Shown here: piece by piece, positions 18,228 to 27,414 of the stretch
How the letters are laid out: each line of letters begins with the position of its first letter
How positions within the stretch are numbered: the first letter of the stretch is position 1
Assembly (NCBI GenBank): GCA_021817145.1
Contig: JAKAVV010000013.1
Location: 3,141 to 67,140 of the forward strand
DNA from: a bacterium
GTDB taxonomy: Bacteria; Vulcanimicrobiota; JABDET01
DNA length: 64,000 bases
Direction of reading: 5' to 3'
Made by a program: the position numbers and the translations under genes
The notes under the pieces: generated by a model
Databases searched by the model: none
What the model was told of the DNA's origin: nothing
Seen by the model: the letters and a program-made list of their open reading frames with translations, nothing else

Positions 18228-18797
18228 CTATACTTTGGTTGAAACTTTTGCCGATCGGTACATGCTCATAATATCACGGACATAATTCTGGGTCTGACGA
18301 TAAGGAGGGATTCCTCCATACTGCTTCACAGCATTAGGTCCTGCATTATAAGCGGCAAGAGCAAGGGAAACATTTCCCTTAAACTCATCCAGCAGCTGCC
18401 GTAAATATCGAGTTCCCGCAAAAACATTTTGCTGAGGATCAAAAGGGTTGTTCACTCCCAAGGATTTTGCGGTGGCAGGCATTAACTGCATTAAACCCAT
18501 GGCTCCCGCTGAACTGGTTACTTTGGGATCCCCTCCTGATTCTTGATGAATCACAGCTGCAATAAGGTTTGGATCAACGCCATATTTTTTCCCCGCCTGC
18601 TGAATAATCTCTTTGAATCCAGCAATCCCTTTCCCCATTCCAATTCCAACCTGAGGCAAACCAGAAGGCTGGAGAGGCTGAGTATATCCCGATAAAATCT
18701 GCTGAAAAGAACCCTGAGCTTGTTCAGGGGGAGAAAACCGTTCTTCTATCTGTTCAATTTTAGATTCGATTGTTTCGATTCTAGAAATGGCGTCCAT
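18228..18797 (-). CDS. Lytic transglycosylase (SLT domain)
   Basis: AVIHQESG, GAMGLMQLMPATA, ALAAYNAG and TQNYV; AGGAGG RBS; no signal peptide. Confidence 0.93.
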   Translation of the reverse strand: MDAISRIETIESKIEQIEERFSPPEQAQGSFQQILSGYTQPLQPSGLPQVGIGMGKGIAGFKEIIQQAGKKYGVDPNLIAAVIHQESGGDPKVTSSAGAMGLMQLMPATAKSLGVNNPFDPQQNVFAGTRYLRQLLDEFKGNVSLALAAYNAGPNAVKQYGGIPPYRQTQNYVRDIMSMYRSAKVSTKV

Positions 18798-18840
18798 TGA
18801 TTCCTCCTATCTTTATCATAAATCTTCTGCTTTACGGTTT

Positions 18841-18868
18841 TGTTGCCTTTTTGTTAAAAAACTGTAAA
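18841..18868. promoter_or_regulatory. OmpR-family (WalR/PhoP-type) direct-repeat box upstream of the transglycosylase gene
   Basis: TGTTAA-aaaac-TGTAAA at 18852-18868, with a degenerate in-phase TGTTGC at 18841; near-identical copy at 27437-27453. Confidence 0.6.
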
Positions 18869-18870
18869 CA

Positions 18871-19335
18871 TTAGAAAAATTTTTCACCCTCCCTTGAAAA
18901 TTTTGTTGTGGCAATATCATCCAGCAGCTTTCGCTCTTCAGCTTCAGCCTCTGCCAGATAAACCTGATAATGCTTTTCCTTTAATTGTTCATAAGTTTTT
19001 CTTTCTTGAACCGCTTTTAGAAGTTTTTCCCTCTGAAGCTCCACATCGCTTTGGGCTTGCTGAACCTGAATCTGCTGGTCTGAAATTTCAGATGTCAGTC
19101 TTTTTTGATGATCCTGATACATTTTGAGCTCAACAACATTCAACTTTCCTTCAGAGCTTTTCACAGCCATTTCTTTCTGTCTCATCTGTTTCAAATCCAC
19201 CAGAAACTGAAGCTTCTGTTCTTCTTTAGCAAGAATTCCCTGTTTTTTTGCAAGCTCTCTCTGCTCTTCTTTCTCCTGTTTTTCTTTGTATTCAAGAACA
19301 GACTGCAGCCTGAATTTAAAGGTTCGAGAAGGCAT
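18871..19335 (-). CDS. fliJ: Export ATPase stalk protein FliJ
   Basis: FKFRLQSVL N-terminus, coiled coil and EERKLLDD; directly downstream of fliI. Confidence 0.9.
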   Translation of the reverse strand: MPSRTFKFRLQSVLEYKEKQEKEEQRELAKKQGILAKEEQKLQFLVDLKQMRQKEMAVKSSEGKLNVVELKMYQDHQKRLTSEISDQQIQVQQAQSDVELQREKLLKAVQERKTYEQLKEKHYQVYLAEAEAEERKLLDDIATTKFSREGEKFF

Positions 19336-19336
19336 A

Positions 19337-20659
19337 TCATGTCGCTGCCAGGGCTAAAATCCCTTGATAAGTCTCTTCAAAAGTGGAGGCAGAATCGCTC
19401 CCCCTCTGTTTAAAAAAATCATTCACAGAGTTAATCATTCTTTTGGCATGATCCACTTTTGTGTCGCTTCCCTCCTGATAAGCCCCGATATTAATGAGAT
19501 CCTCATTTTTCCTGTAAATTCCCATGATCTCTCGAATTTTTCCCGCTGCATCCTGATGTTCTCTGGTTGTCACCTCAGGGAACAATCGGGAAATACTTGC
19601 CAGAGCATCTACAGCAGGATATTGATTTTGATGGGCAATAGCCCTTGACAGAACAACATGTCCGTCCAAAATGCTTCGGACTGTATCGGCAATCGGCTCA
19701 TTCATATCATCCCCTTCAACAAGGACCGTATAAATCGCGGTAATGGTTCCTTTATCAGAAGTGCCGGATCGTTCCATCAATTTAGGCAGAAGCGCAAAAA
19801 CAGAGGGGGTATATCCTTTGGTGGCAGGGGGTTCGCCAATAGCCAGACCTACTTCTCTTTGAGCCATTGCATATCGAGTGACAGAATCCATCATAAACAT
19901 GACGTTTTTCCCCTGATCTCGAAAATACTCGGCTATCGCAGTTCCAACATAAGCCCCTTTTAACCTGACAAGAGCAGGCTGGTCGCTTGTCGCGCAGATC
20001 ACAACCGATTTTTTCATCCCTTCTTCTCCTAAATCCCGTTCAATAAAATCGCGAAGTTCTCTTCCTCTTTCTCCAATCAGAGCAATAACATTCACATCAG
20101 ATTCAGAGTTACGGGCTATCATTCCAAGGGTGGTGGATTTTCCCACCCCTGACCCCGCAAAAATTCCGATCCTCTGTCCTTTCCCAAAGGTCAGCAGAGC
20201 ATCAATGATCCGAACCCCTGTATAAAAAGGCTCTTTAATTCTTGGCCTTGTAATGGGGTTTGGAGGTTGATTATAAATAGAATACTCGGTTTCATACTCC
20301 AAAAGTCCTTTCCCATCAATAGGGTTTCCCAATCCATCTAAAATTCTTCCTAAAACTTTGGGTCCAACTTTCACTTTCAATGAATGTCCTGTTGTTCGAA
20401 CTTCACATCCTGGTCCAACGCCTCGATTTTCTCCGAGAGGCATCAACAAAACTTTATTATTTCTAAACCCTACGACTTCTGCCCACACAGGCTCTTTCAA
20501 TTCCTTGGAATAAATGAAACAGAGCTCCCCCACATTTCCGCCAGGACCTTCTGATTCAATAATCAATCCAATAATCTGTGTTACTTTCCCATACAGTTTA
20601 ACAAAAGAAGATTGATCCAAAATCGCTTCATATTTAGAAAAATCAATTTTCTGGAGCAT
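19337..20659 (-). CDS. fliI: Export ATPase FliI
   Basis: Walker A GSGVGKS, LIGERGRE and MMDSVTR; AAGGAGG RBS before ATG 20659. Confidence 0.97.
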   Translation of the reverse strand: MLQKIDFSKYEAILDQSSFVKLYGKVTQIIGLIIESEGPGGNVGELCFIYSKELKEPVWAEVVGFRNNKVLLMPLGENRGVGPGCEVRTTGHSLKVKVGPKVLGRILDGLGNPIDGKGLLEYETEYSIYNQPPNPITRPRIKEPFYTGVRIIDALLTFGKGQRIGIFAGSGVGKSTTLGMIARNSESDVNVIALIGERGRELRDFIERDLGEEGMKKSVVICATSDQPALVRLKGAYVGTAIAEYFRDQGKNVMFMMDSVTRYAMAQREVGLAIGEPPATKGYTPSVFALLPKLMERSGTSDKGTITAIYTVLVEGDDMNEPIADTVRSILDGHVVLSRAIAHQNQYPAVDALASISRLFPEVTTREHQDAAGKIREIMGIYRKNEDLINIGAYQEGSDTKVDHAKRMINSVNDFFKQRGSDSASTFEETYQGILALAAT

Positions 20660-21491
20660 TAGAATCCTCCTTCTCCTGTTCAAATACTCGAGAAAAAGCC
20701 AGAGAAATCGCTTCCAGCTGCGTGGTAATTCTAGCATCCACTGTTCCCAGGTTGGTTTCAATAATACATCCTCCACGATCAGCGCGGGGATCGATCTGAA
20801 TTTCAACAGACCGAACGTCAGGAACGAACTTAAGAAAGACTTCTTTGTTTTTTTTGACGGTCTCAATATCTTCCTGATGAACCCTGAGAATAACGTGTTC
20901 TCGATCTTTAACTCTTTCCAGATTGGCTTTAATCATATTGACTACAACATTGGAATTTAAGCTGATCTCGCTTCCAATCACTCGCTGCGCGATTTTCACC
21001 GCAAGTTGAGCCAGATCGTTCTCAGCTTCTTTTCCCAGTCTTTCCCTTTCCCTTAATGCTTGTTCAAGGGTGTTTTTCGCCTCAATCATGATCTTTTTTA
21101 ACTGATCAAGTCCTGCTTCATATCCGCTTTTCTGCCCGATGTCAAACCCTTCTTTTTCAGCGTTTTCTCTCAGAGATTGAGTCAGGATTTTAGCTTCCTC
21201 AATAATTTTTTTTCCTTTATTTTTAGCCTCTTCTAAAATTCGTTCCGCTTCGGATTTTGCTTTTTCGAGCAGTTTATCAGCTTCTTCCTTCATTTTTGCG
21301 ACAGTTTCTGAACTGACAGCAGAAGATGCCTCCACAGACGCTGCAGGCTTTTCTTTTAACAGCTGCACTGGTTTTTCCGGCGTTTTTGGCTGCTGATTAG
21401 GAGGTGGAACGGTTTCCGCAAAAAGAGGGACAGGTTGATATGAAATCGTCCCTTTTTTGATCAAAGAACTTTTTTTAGATTCCTGCATCAA
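20643..21491 (-). CDS. fliH: FliH (ATPase stator/regulator)
   Basis: AxxxGxxxG repeats and GGCIIETNLGTVDARI. Confidence 0.92.
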   Translation of the reverse strand: MMQESKKSSLIKKGTISYQPVPLFAETVPPPNQQPKTPEKPVQLLKEKPAASVEASSAVSSETVAKMKEEADKLLEKAKSEAERILEEAKNKGKKIIEEAKILTQSLRENAEKEGFDIGQKSGYEAGLDQLKKIMIEAKNTLEQALRERERLGKEAENDLAQLAVKIAQRVIGSEISLNSNVVVNMIKANLERVKDREHVILRVHQEDIETVKKNKEVFLKFVPDVRSVEIQIDPRADRGGCIIETNLGTVDARITTQLEAISLAFSRVFEQEKEDSNAPEN

Positions 21492-22462
21492 TTCACTCCA
21501 GGAGAAGAAAATTTAATTTTCCCGATAATAATCAGTCCTCTTAAATTATTTCGAATCTGCTGCTGGGCCGCTTTCACTTCTTCCCAGGATGGAGGACCTA
21601 AAGCTTCCACATCTTCCCGAACCGCCTGGGCTTTTTCCGAGGACATGGCATCATAAATTTTATTAGAAATCTCAGGAGAAGTTCCTTTCAAAGCCATGAC
21701 CAGATCTCGAATATCTGTCACTTTTAACAGCTGCTGAATGCCGGATTTATCCAGGGCGACCAAATCCTCAAACTCACACAATTGATTTTTTAAATTATTT
21801 GCGAGTTTAGGACTCTTACGCGCCAATCCCGATAAAATTTTCTCTTCTGTCGAGCGGTCTGTGCGGTTTAAGATCTGCATCAAAGTATCTTTGCCTGTTG
21901 AGGTGGAAAATCCATTCTCGACAAGAAGATAATAACGATCTTCTAAAACTTGTTCCACATCTTTTAGAATCTCGGATCTCACTCTCCCGATTTCAGCCAA
22001 TCTCCTTGCCACTTCACCCTGTAAATGCGGGCTCATTTCCTGCAAAACAGCGGTTGCCTGAGCAGCCGAAAGATTTGAAAGAACCAGAGCAATGGTCTGG
22101 GGAAGTTCTTTTTCCAGCAAAGTTAAAATCTGCCCTGGGTCAGCCCGCAGAAGAAAAGCAAACGGTTTCCCTGTTTTGTAAGATCTTCTTGGTTCTATAT
22201 CTTCTCCTCTTCTGGAAAGAGAAGGAAGATTTTGAGGCTGCTGGTGAGCCTGCCCTTGAACTTTTGAGGTTTCCAAAAATTCTTTAATCACCTGGTCCTT
22301 AACTTCTTGAGGAATATTGGCGGTTTTAGACATTTCAAGGGTAAGAGCCTGTCCTTCTTCAGCGGGAAAAGACTGCAAAACCTGAGCTGAAAGCTCGGGC
22401 GGAAGTGACATAATTAAAATCGCGGCTTTTTGCCTCGGAGACAAATCCTGGTTAGGCTGCAA
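21488..22462 (-). CDS. fliG: Divergent C-ring/rotor protein FliG
   Basis: QKAAILIMSL, PFAFL, ELPQTIALVLS, FEDL and ALKG; TTG start. Confidence 0.9.
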   Translation of the reverse strand: MQPNQDLSPRQKAAILIMSLPPELSAQVLQSFPAEEGQALTLEMSKTANIPQEVKDQVIKEFLETSKVQGQAHQQPQNLPSLSRRGEDIEPRRSYKTGKPFAFLLRADPGQILTLLEKELPQTIALVLSNLSAAQATAVLQEMSPHLQGEVARRLAEIGRVRSEILKDVEQVLEDRYYLLVENGFSTSTGKDTLMQILNRTDRSTEEKILSGLARKSPKLANNLKNQLCEFEDLVALDKSGIQQLLKVTDIRDLVMALKGTSPEISNKIYDAMSSEKAQAVREDVEALGPPSWEEVKAAQQQIRNNLRGLIIIGKIKFSSPGVN

Positions 22463-22491
22463 GTTGATTCCTCATCTCATGCTCTTTTCCA

Positions 22492-22520
22492 ATTGTAGCA
22501 AATCGGATGAGTTTTGACAA
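22492..22520 (-). promoter_or_regulatory. Sigma70-type promoter for the fliG-onward segment
   Basis: Minus strand reads TTGTCA-N17-TACAAT with an extended -10 TG. Confidence 0.55.
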
Positions 22521-22523
22521 GAG

Positions 22524-22551
22524 GAGGGGGATTTTTCTCTAAAGCCCCCTC
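22524..22551 (-). terminator. Hairpin downstream of the dGTPase gene (terminator-like)
   Basis: GAGGGGG...CCCCCTC inverted repeat 5 bp after the stop codon; weak U-tract. Confidence 0.4.
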
Positions 22552-22556
22552 ATGTA

Positions 22557-24035
22557 TCAGGCAGTAATCGGATTAAGGATAGAACCAGCAGAAAAACCAT
22601 TGATCCGATAATACAGCTCATAGGCTTGCTGCTCTGTAAGGCTTGCCACAAAATCAGCCGCGGTTCGCGCAAAAAATTGCTTCTTATTCTTATTCTTATT
22701 GGATGTTTTATTCTCTTCCAACTCTTTTTCAACGAAATACTTAACCCATTCAGGAAAAACTTTTAGCTCTATCTTCTCCTTATTTAAGTAATTAAATGCC
22801 CAGTTAAACAGGCATTCTATAATTTTTTGGCAACCCGTTTGTTGGGATGCAAGAGAGCGCCCTTCAATAACATAATACCAAGTCAAACTTTTCAGCACTT
22901 CGATTTCGATTCTCATGGCGCTTGGAACAATAATCCATTTAAATGTCCCACTCGTCGCAGGCGGAGAGGGGGTAAGGTTAATCTGACGAAAACAATCGTT
23001 TAAAAAGCGATTTGTAAAATCCTCAGAGAAAAGAGCCATCTGTGTAGGTAAGCCTTTATATCTATCCTTCGAAATGCCTTCTGTCCTATTGCTAATTATT
23101 TCCCCAACCTTTTCTTTGAATTTTTCCTTATTTGTCAAGTTTAACTCTTTTAATAACCCCTTTTTCCCCCATTTCTTATAAGTGTATTCCAAAAAATCGT
23201 CAATCTCTTTATCCTGTGGTTGTTTCTGTACTTTATTGTGATCGTCTTCTGCATAGTGTCTTGCAAAAAGTTCCAAGGGGATAAGCCCCGCTTTATAAAA
23301 ATCCTCAACATCATGAATTGCATAAGTAATGTCATCCGCCAGATCCATAATATCAGCTTCCACACTTCTAATGTCATTCGTGCATCCATTTCTTGCAAAG
23401 CCAAAAGCCTCATCATCTTCTGTGTATGCCCCAAATTTTTCTTTTTTTTTGCCCTCTTTTTCCCATCTCCATGGATATTTCAATACCGCATTTAAGGTTG
23501 CTCTTGTTAAATCAAGACCAAGCTGATTTTGATCCCACTTCCATTCGTCATTATTTCGATGGTTCATACGAATAGCAAGCCTAGTGATAATACGGAAGCT
23601 TTGCGCATTTCCTTCAAAACCCTCATGATCTTGACCACTTGCCTTCTTGACAAGCTGATTGAGTTTTTGTTCAGCAGTATGACCAAAGGGGGGGTGTCCA
23701 AGATCATGAGCCAATGCAGCGGCTTCAGCAACATCAGGATCGATCTCAATTTCTCCGCTTTTTACCGTCTCCTTGAGTCGCTCTGCTAATCTGCGGGCAA
23801 TTTGCGCCACTTTTAATGTATGGGTTAGGCGTGTATGGAAAACATGGGTAAGCCCTTCCTGTGAACTGACAACTTGTGTAACTCCCCCTAATCTCCTAAA
23901 ATAAGGGGAGTAAAGCAATCGATCATGATCGTGTTGAAATGGAGTTCTCCAATCTGGAGTATTAGGATCTTTCTTGCTATTAGTAGAAGGTCCACTCTGC
24001 CTATCGTCACGTTGAGGCATTTGCATGATGGGCAA
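22557..24035 (-). CDS. dgt: HD-domain dNTP triphosphohydrolase (dGTPase, Dgt family)
   Basis: RTPFQHDHDRLLYS..FRRL, TRLTHTLKV, AHDLGHPPFGH, FEGNAQSFR and ADDITYAIHDVED. Confidence 0.92.
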   Translation of the reverse strand: MPIMQMPQRDDRQSGPSTNSKKDPNTPDWRTPFQHDHDRLLYSPYFRRLGGVTQVVSSQEGLTHVFHTRLTHTLKVAQIARRLAERLKETVKSGEIEIDPDVAEAAALAHDLGHPPFGHTAEQKLNQLVKKASGQDHEGFEGNAQSFRIITRLAIRMNHRNNDEWKWDQNQLGLDLTRATLNAVLKYPWRWEKEGKKKEKFGAYTEDDEAFGFARNGCTNDIRSVEADIMDLADDITYAIHDVEDFYKAGLIPLELFARHYAEDDHNKVQKQPQDKEIDDFLEYTYKKWGKKGLLKELNLTNKEKFKEKVGEIISNRTEGISKDRYKGLPTQMALFSEDFTNRFLNDCFRQINLTPSPPATSGTFKWIIVPSAMRIEIEVLKSLTWYYVIEGRSLASQQTGCQKIIECLFNWAFNYLNKEKIELKVFPEWVKYFVEKELEENKTSNKNKNKKQFFARTAADFVASLTEQQAYELYYRINGFSAGSILNPITA

Positions 24036-24043
24036 ACAGGCGC

Positions 24044-24289
24044 TTATACTTTGGTGGCGTATTTCCCGAGCTCAGACAGCTTTATCTTGTTCTCATCATA
24101 AAGATCCATAATCGCCTTATTAAAATCACTCTTCCAATATGGCAGGTTTTGAGCTTTCAACTTTTTTTCTACTGCAGAAGCTAGATTCCTTATTAGCATT
24201 TTATCCCTTCCCTCTGGCAACCTTTCCTTTAGCAACTCCAAAATCATCCCTTTAATTTGCTCTACAGTATCAACGACTAGCCCTGGCAT
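24044..24289 (-). CDS. Small predicted winged-helix protein, co-transcribed with the dGTPase
   Basis: AAGGAGGGAG RBS; three-helix plus wing pattern (DFNKAIMDLYDENKIKL); 8 bp from the dgt start. Confidence 0.6.
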   Translation of the reverse strand: MPGLVVDTVEQIKGMILELLKERLPEGRDKMLIRNLASAVEKKLKAQNLPYWKSDFNKAIMDLYDENKIKLSELGKYATKV

Positions 24290-24422
24290 ATTTCACTCCC
24301 TCCTTCATTAAACTCACAGCTCCCGCTCTCTAAACTTTCTCGTAAATGACCTGATATCCTCCACTTCCAAGAACAATGTTATTCCCAAGAACAATCATTA
24401 TAATCGGATGGGCGCGCCCTTT

Positions 24423-26087
24423 TTACTTTTCAGACAGCCATGTTGTTTTTAACAGTTCAGCCACTTTAGTGGGCTTTTCTTTTGCTAACTGCTCCAGCTT
24501 TTCAGTTTGATTGGCTTGAACCGTTTTAGCAGGAGGATTGGAAACTTTTCCTGTCTTTTCATTCAACAGATCGCTGATATCTGAGACTGTTTCCGCAGGT
24601 CCTGGAGATAAGACCAACTGCCCTTTTTGAGACTGAACTTTCTGCTGGCGGAGGAAAAAGAAGATCCCGAGAATTAATCCGACTGACAGTAAACCTGCTA
24701 GAATTCGAAGGGCTTCACTGTCAGAAATGGGAGATGGAGCATTTTGACGGAAGAAACCGCCCTGATCCATTTGCTTGGTCAGTCTAGCAATCGCATGAGA
24801 TTGAAAAGGAAGGGTTCCAAAGCTCACTCTATCTCCACGCACAGAATCCATGCCAATCGCATTTTTGATAGAAGCTGTCAAGGTCTGGATAGAAGAAGGA
24901 CTTAAGGATTGATCTGCCAGAACAGCGGCTGTAATCCGAGTAACCTGCCCAGGAGTATAAATTGTTCTCTGATTGGTTTGATCAATCGCATTTTTTACCA
25001 GGGTTTGAGATTTTTCATAACGAGTACCTCGTTGGGCAGAGCCGCCATAAGGTTGAAACCCTAACTGCTGTGCTCCTCCCCCTTGAGAACCATGGCTTTT
25101 ATTATTAAACTTCTCGGTCACTTTCGATTTTTCAATTGGGAGACTGCCGCTGGTGTTCAAGCCTGTTCCAACTTTCTGAGATCGGGCTTCTGATTGATTC
25201 CAATCAATATGGACATTCACAGCAACAGCGTATTTCCCTCTTCCAAGCACAGGATTTAAAATCTGACGAATTTGGGACTCATACTGTTTTTCATAAGCTT
25301 CTTTTATTTTCAACATATTGTCAGGCATGCTTTCATTCTGGTAGTTCTTCAGCATCTGGCTCAGCAGTCTTCCATGAGTATCTGTAATCTGGACATTTTG
25401 CGGGTTTAAGTACGGCACAGATGCTGATACTAAATTTTGAATCGCTTTTGCTTCTTGAAGAGAGAACTGTTCTCCTGGCATCAATTTTAAAACAACAGCT
25501 GCTTTAGCCTGCTGTTTTTGATCGCTGAAAAAGTTATCTGTTTGCGAAGGGATAACCAAATTGACATTGGCATCTGCAATCCCATGGAATTGACGCAGAA
25601 CAGCAGTTAATTCTCTTTCAAGATAAAGCCGTTTATCCAGTGAAAACTGCTCAGAGGTTTCCCCTGTTGAAGGGGCTGGCATCTGAACAAAAGGCTGATG
25701 AGGAAGCCCTTCCTGAGTAAGAGTAGCAAGAGCCTGAACTTTCTGAGAAGGAGGAACTAAGATTTCATTCGTTCGAGAAGAAATTGTATAAGGGACTCCC
25801 ATTTGAGACAAAGCCTGAGTCACATCTTGAACATCTCTGGCGCTCAAAGGGATTTCATAAAGATTAACATAAGCTGTTTCTTTCTTAATCTGAGCAATTA
25901 AAAGAACAAGAATAAGAAGAACGGCCACAGCGCCACCTGCTGTCCATTTTTGTTTATTCGTCAATCTTTTCCAACTTTCCGCGATTTTCATATAAACCGG
26001 CTGCTTAGGCTGCATTCCAAACCTTCCTGCGGTTCCCCCTGGCTGACCTGTTCTGGTAGGCATTGTAGGTTGAGTTCCTGTAGGCAT
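24423..26087 (-). CDS. fliF: MS-ring protein FliF
   Basis: Two TM segments, LERELT...ANVNLVIP, LVSASVP.L....V.ITDTHGRLLS, RGDRV, and a C-terminal LLKTTWL. Confidence 0.92.
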   Translation of the reverse strand: MPTGTQPTMPTRTGQPGGTAGRFGMQPKQPVYMKIAESWKRLTNKQKWTAGGAVAVLLILVLLIAQIKKETAYVNLYEIPLSARDVQDVTQALSQMGVPYTISSRTNEILVPPSQKVQALATLTQEGLPHQPFVQMPAPSTGETSEQFSLDKRLYLERELTAVLRQFHGIADANVNLVIPSQTDNFFSDQKQQAKAAVVLKLMPGEQFSLQEAKAIQNLVSASVPYLNPQNVQITDTHGRLLSQMLKNYQNESMPDNMLKIKEAYEKQYESQIRQILNPVLGRGKYAVAVNVHIDWNQSEARSQKVGTGLNTSGSLPIEKSKVTEKFNNKSHGSQGGGAQQLGFQPYGGSAQRGTRYEKSQTLVKNAIDQTNQRTIYTPGQVTRITAAVLADQSLSPSSIQTLTASIKNAIGMDSVRGDRVSFGTLPFQSHAIARLTKQMDQGGFFRQNAPSPISDSEALRILAGLLSVGLILGIFFFLRQQKVQSQKGQLVLSPGPAETVSDISDLLNEKTGKVSNPPAKTVQANQTEKLEQLAKEKPTKVAELLKTTWLSEK

Positions 26088-26115
26088 TTCTTTGTCCTCC
26101 TCTTAATTTAAAAGC

Positions 26116-26436
26116 TTAAAACTGCATCTGGAACAAACTGGTAGCTGCTGTCGTTACTTTTGAAGTAACAGCTGTTGCCAGTTCCAAAAGAATCTTTGCT
26201 TCTGCGGCAGAAGCCATAACACTGTGAAGATTATTTATCTTGCCAATCATGGCTTCCTGCAGCATAGAACCCGTATTGTTAATCGTATCATTCACTCCAC
26301 CGTAAAATTGCCCCAGGTAATTCTCAAAAGGCACACTTGCCGCAGATTGAGATCCCCCTGAACTTAAAAAATCTTTTGTGTCATCTAAATGACTTGAAAG
26401 GGGCTGAATTGCTTTAAAAGGAATTGGAGAATTCAT
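26116..26436 (-). CDS. fliE: Hook-basal body protein FliE
   Basis: NLHSVMASAAEAKILLELATAV..K......LFQMQF; lies between flgC and fliF. Confidence 0.85.
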   Translation of the reverse strand: MNSPIPFKAIQPLSSHLDDTKDFLSSGGSQSAASVPFENYLGQFYGGVNDTINNTGSMLQEAMIGKINNLHSVMASAAEAKILLELATAVTSKVTTAATSLFQMQF

Positions 26437-26446
26437 GATTTACCTC

Positions 26447-26911
26447 CTATGGCACCAGGCCCAAATCTTGCTGCTTCATATGTTTAGCAGCTTCAAAAAC
26501 AGCCACATTTGCTTGATAAGCTCTACTGGCTTGAATCATATTCGTCATCTCTGTAATGAGATCCACATTAGGCATAGCCACATAACCTTTTGAATTAGCC
26601 ATGGGGTTATGAGGATCATAAACCATTTTGGGAGGAGCAGGATCATTAACCACTGCAGCGACTTTAACCCCCTGTCCAATCCCTGAACCGCCACTGCCTG
26701 AACCAAAAGGGAGACCAAAAGCGGCAGGGACAAAAAAACTGTCGAAGGAAGGGGTCTTTTCCTGGAAAAGAGCTACTTTCTCTTGATAAGGTCCACCGCC
26801 AGGAGTTGAGGTTGTGTTAATATTGGCAATATTCTGCCCAATTAAATCCATCTCAGTTCTTTCAGCGCTCATTCCACTGGCACTGATATCAAAAGCGTTA
26901 AAAATTCCCAT
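26447..26911 (-). CDS. flgC: Basal-body rod protein FlgC
   Basis: ISASGMSAER...NIANINT, YDPHNP.A...GYV.MPNVD and ASRAYQAN. Confidence 0.95.
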   Translation of the reverse strand: MGIFNAFDISASGMSAERTEMDLIGQNIANINTTSTPGGGPYQEKVALFQEKTPSFDSFFVPAAFGLPFGSGSGGSGIGQGVKVAAVVNDPAPPKMVYDPHNPMANSKGYVAMPNVDLITEMTNMIQASRAYQANVAVFEAAKHMKQQDLGLVP

Positions 26912-26933
26912 TTTTCAATACCTCCTTAATTTA

Positions 26934-27371
26934 TTATGCAGGACCGCCTGTCAGTCCTTGAATTGGAATCTGTTCCCACTTTGGGGTAAATGACTTGGCT
27001 GCAATATCATACATAATTTGAACTTTTGCCAGATCAGCCATCTGCTGATTTAAGTTGACCTTTTTATTTTCCTCTACTTCAATCCTAGGATTAGAGGATG
27101 AATTCGGAATCATGGATTGGAATTCAGGAGAAAACCCGGTGAGATGAACTTGAAAAGGCTGATTTCCTCCCCCTCCTCCCAGACTGCTTTCAGCCAGCAA
27201 TCCTTTTAACTGGCTTTGGAAATCCACTTTTTCGGGATGATAATTCGGATTGTTAGCATTGGCAATATTATTGGCAATGGCTTTCTGCTCAAGAGAAAGT
27301 CCACTCATGGCATGTTCAAAATATCCGAACCAGGGTCCGAAAAAATTTGTGGCGTAACTCATGTTTGGCAC
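26934..27371 (-). CDS. flgB: Basal-body rod protein FlgB (divergent)
   Basis: IANNIANANNPNYHP..VDF and VNLNQQMADLA; first gene of the cluster. Confidence 0.88.
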   Translation of the reverse strand: MPNMSYATNFFGPWFGYFEHAMSGLSLEQKAIANNIANANNPNYHPEKVDFQSQLKGLLAESSLGGGGGNQPFQVHLTGFSPEFQSMIPNSSSNPRIEVEENKKVNLNQQMADLAKVQIMYDIAAKSFTPKWEQIPIQGLTGGPA

Positions 27372-27414
27372 CTCTCTTTATTTTTTTGTTCTTGTTTTAA
27401 TCATAATACATGGG

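Noticed and set aside
19337-20866. 509-aa FliI with a long N-terminal extension
   Set aside because: The extension overlaps fliH; a strong RBS supports ATG 20659.
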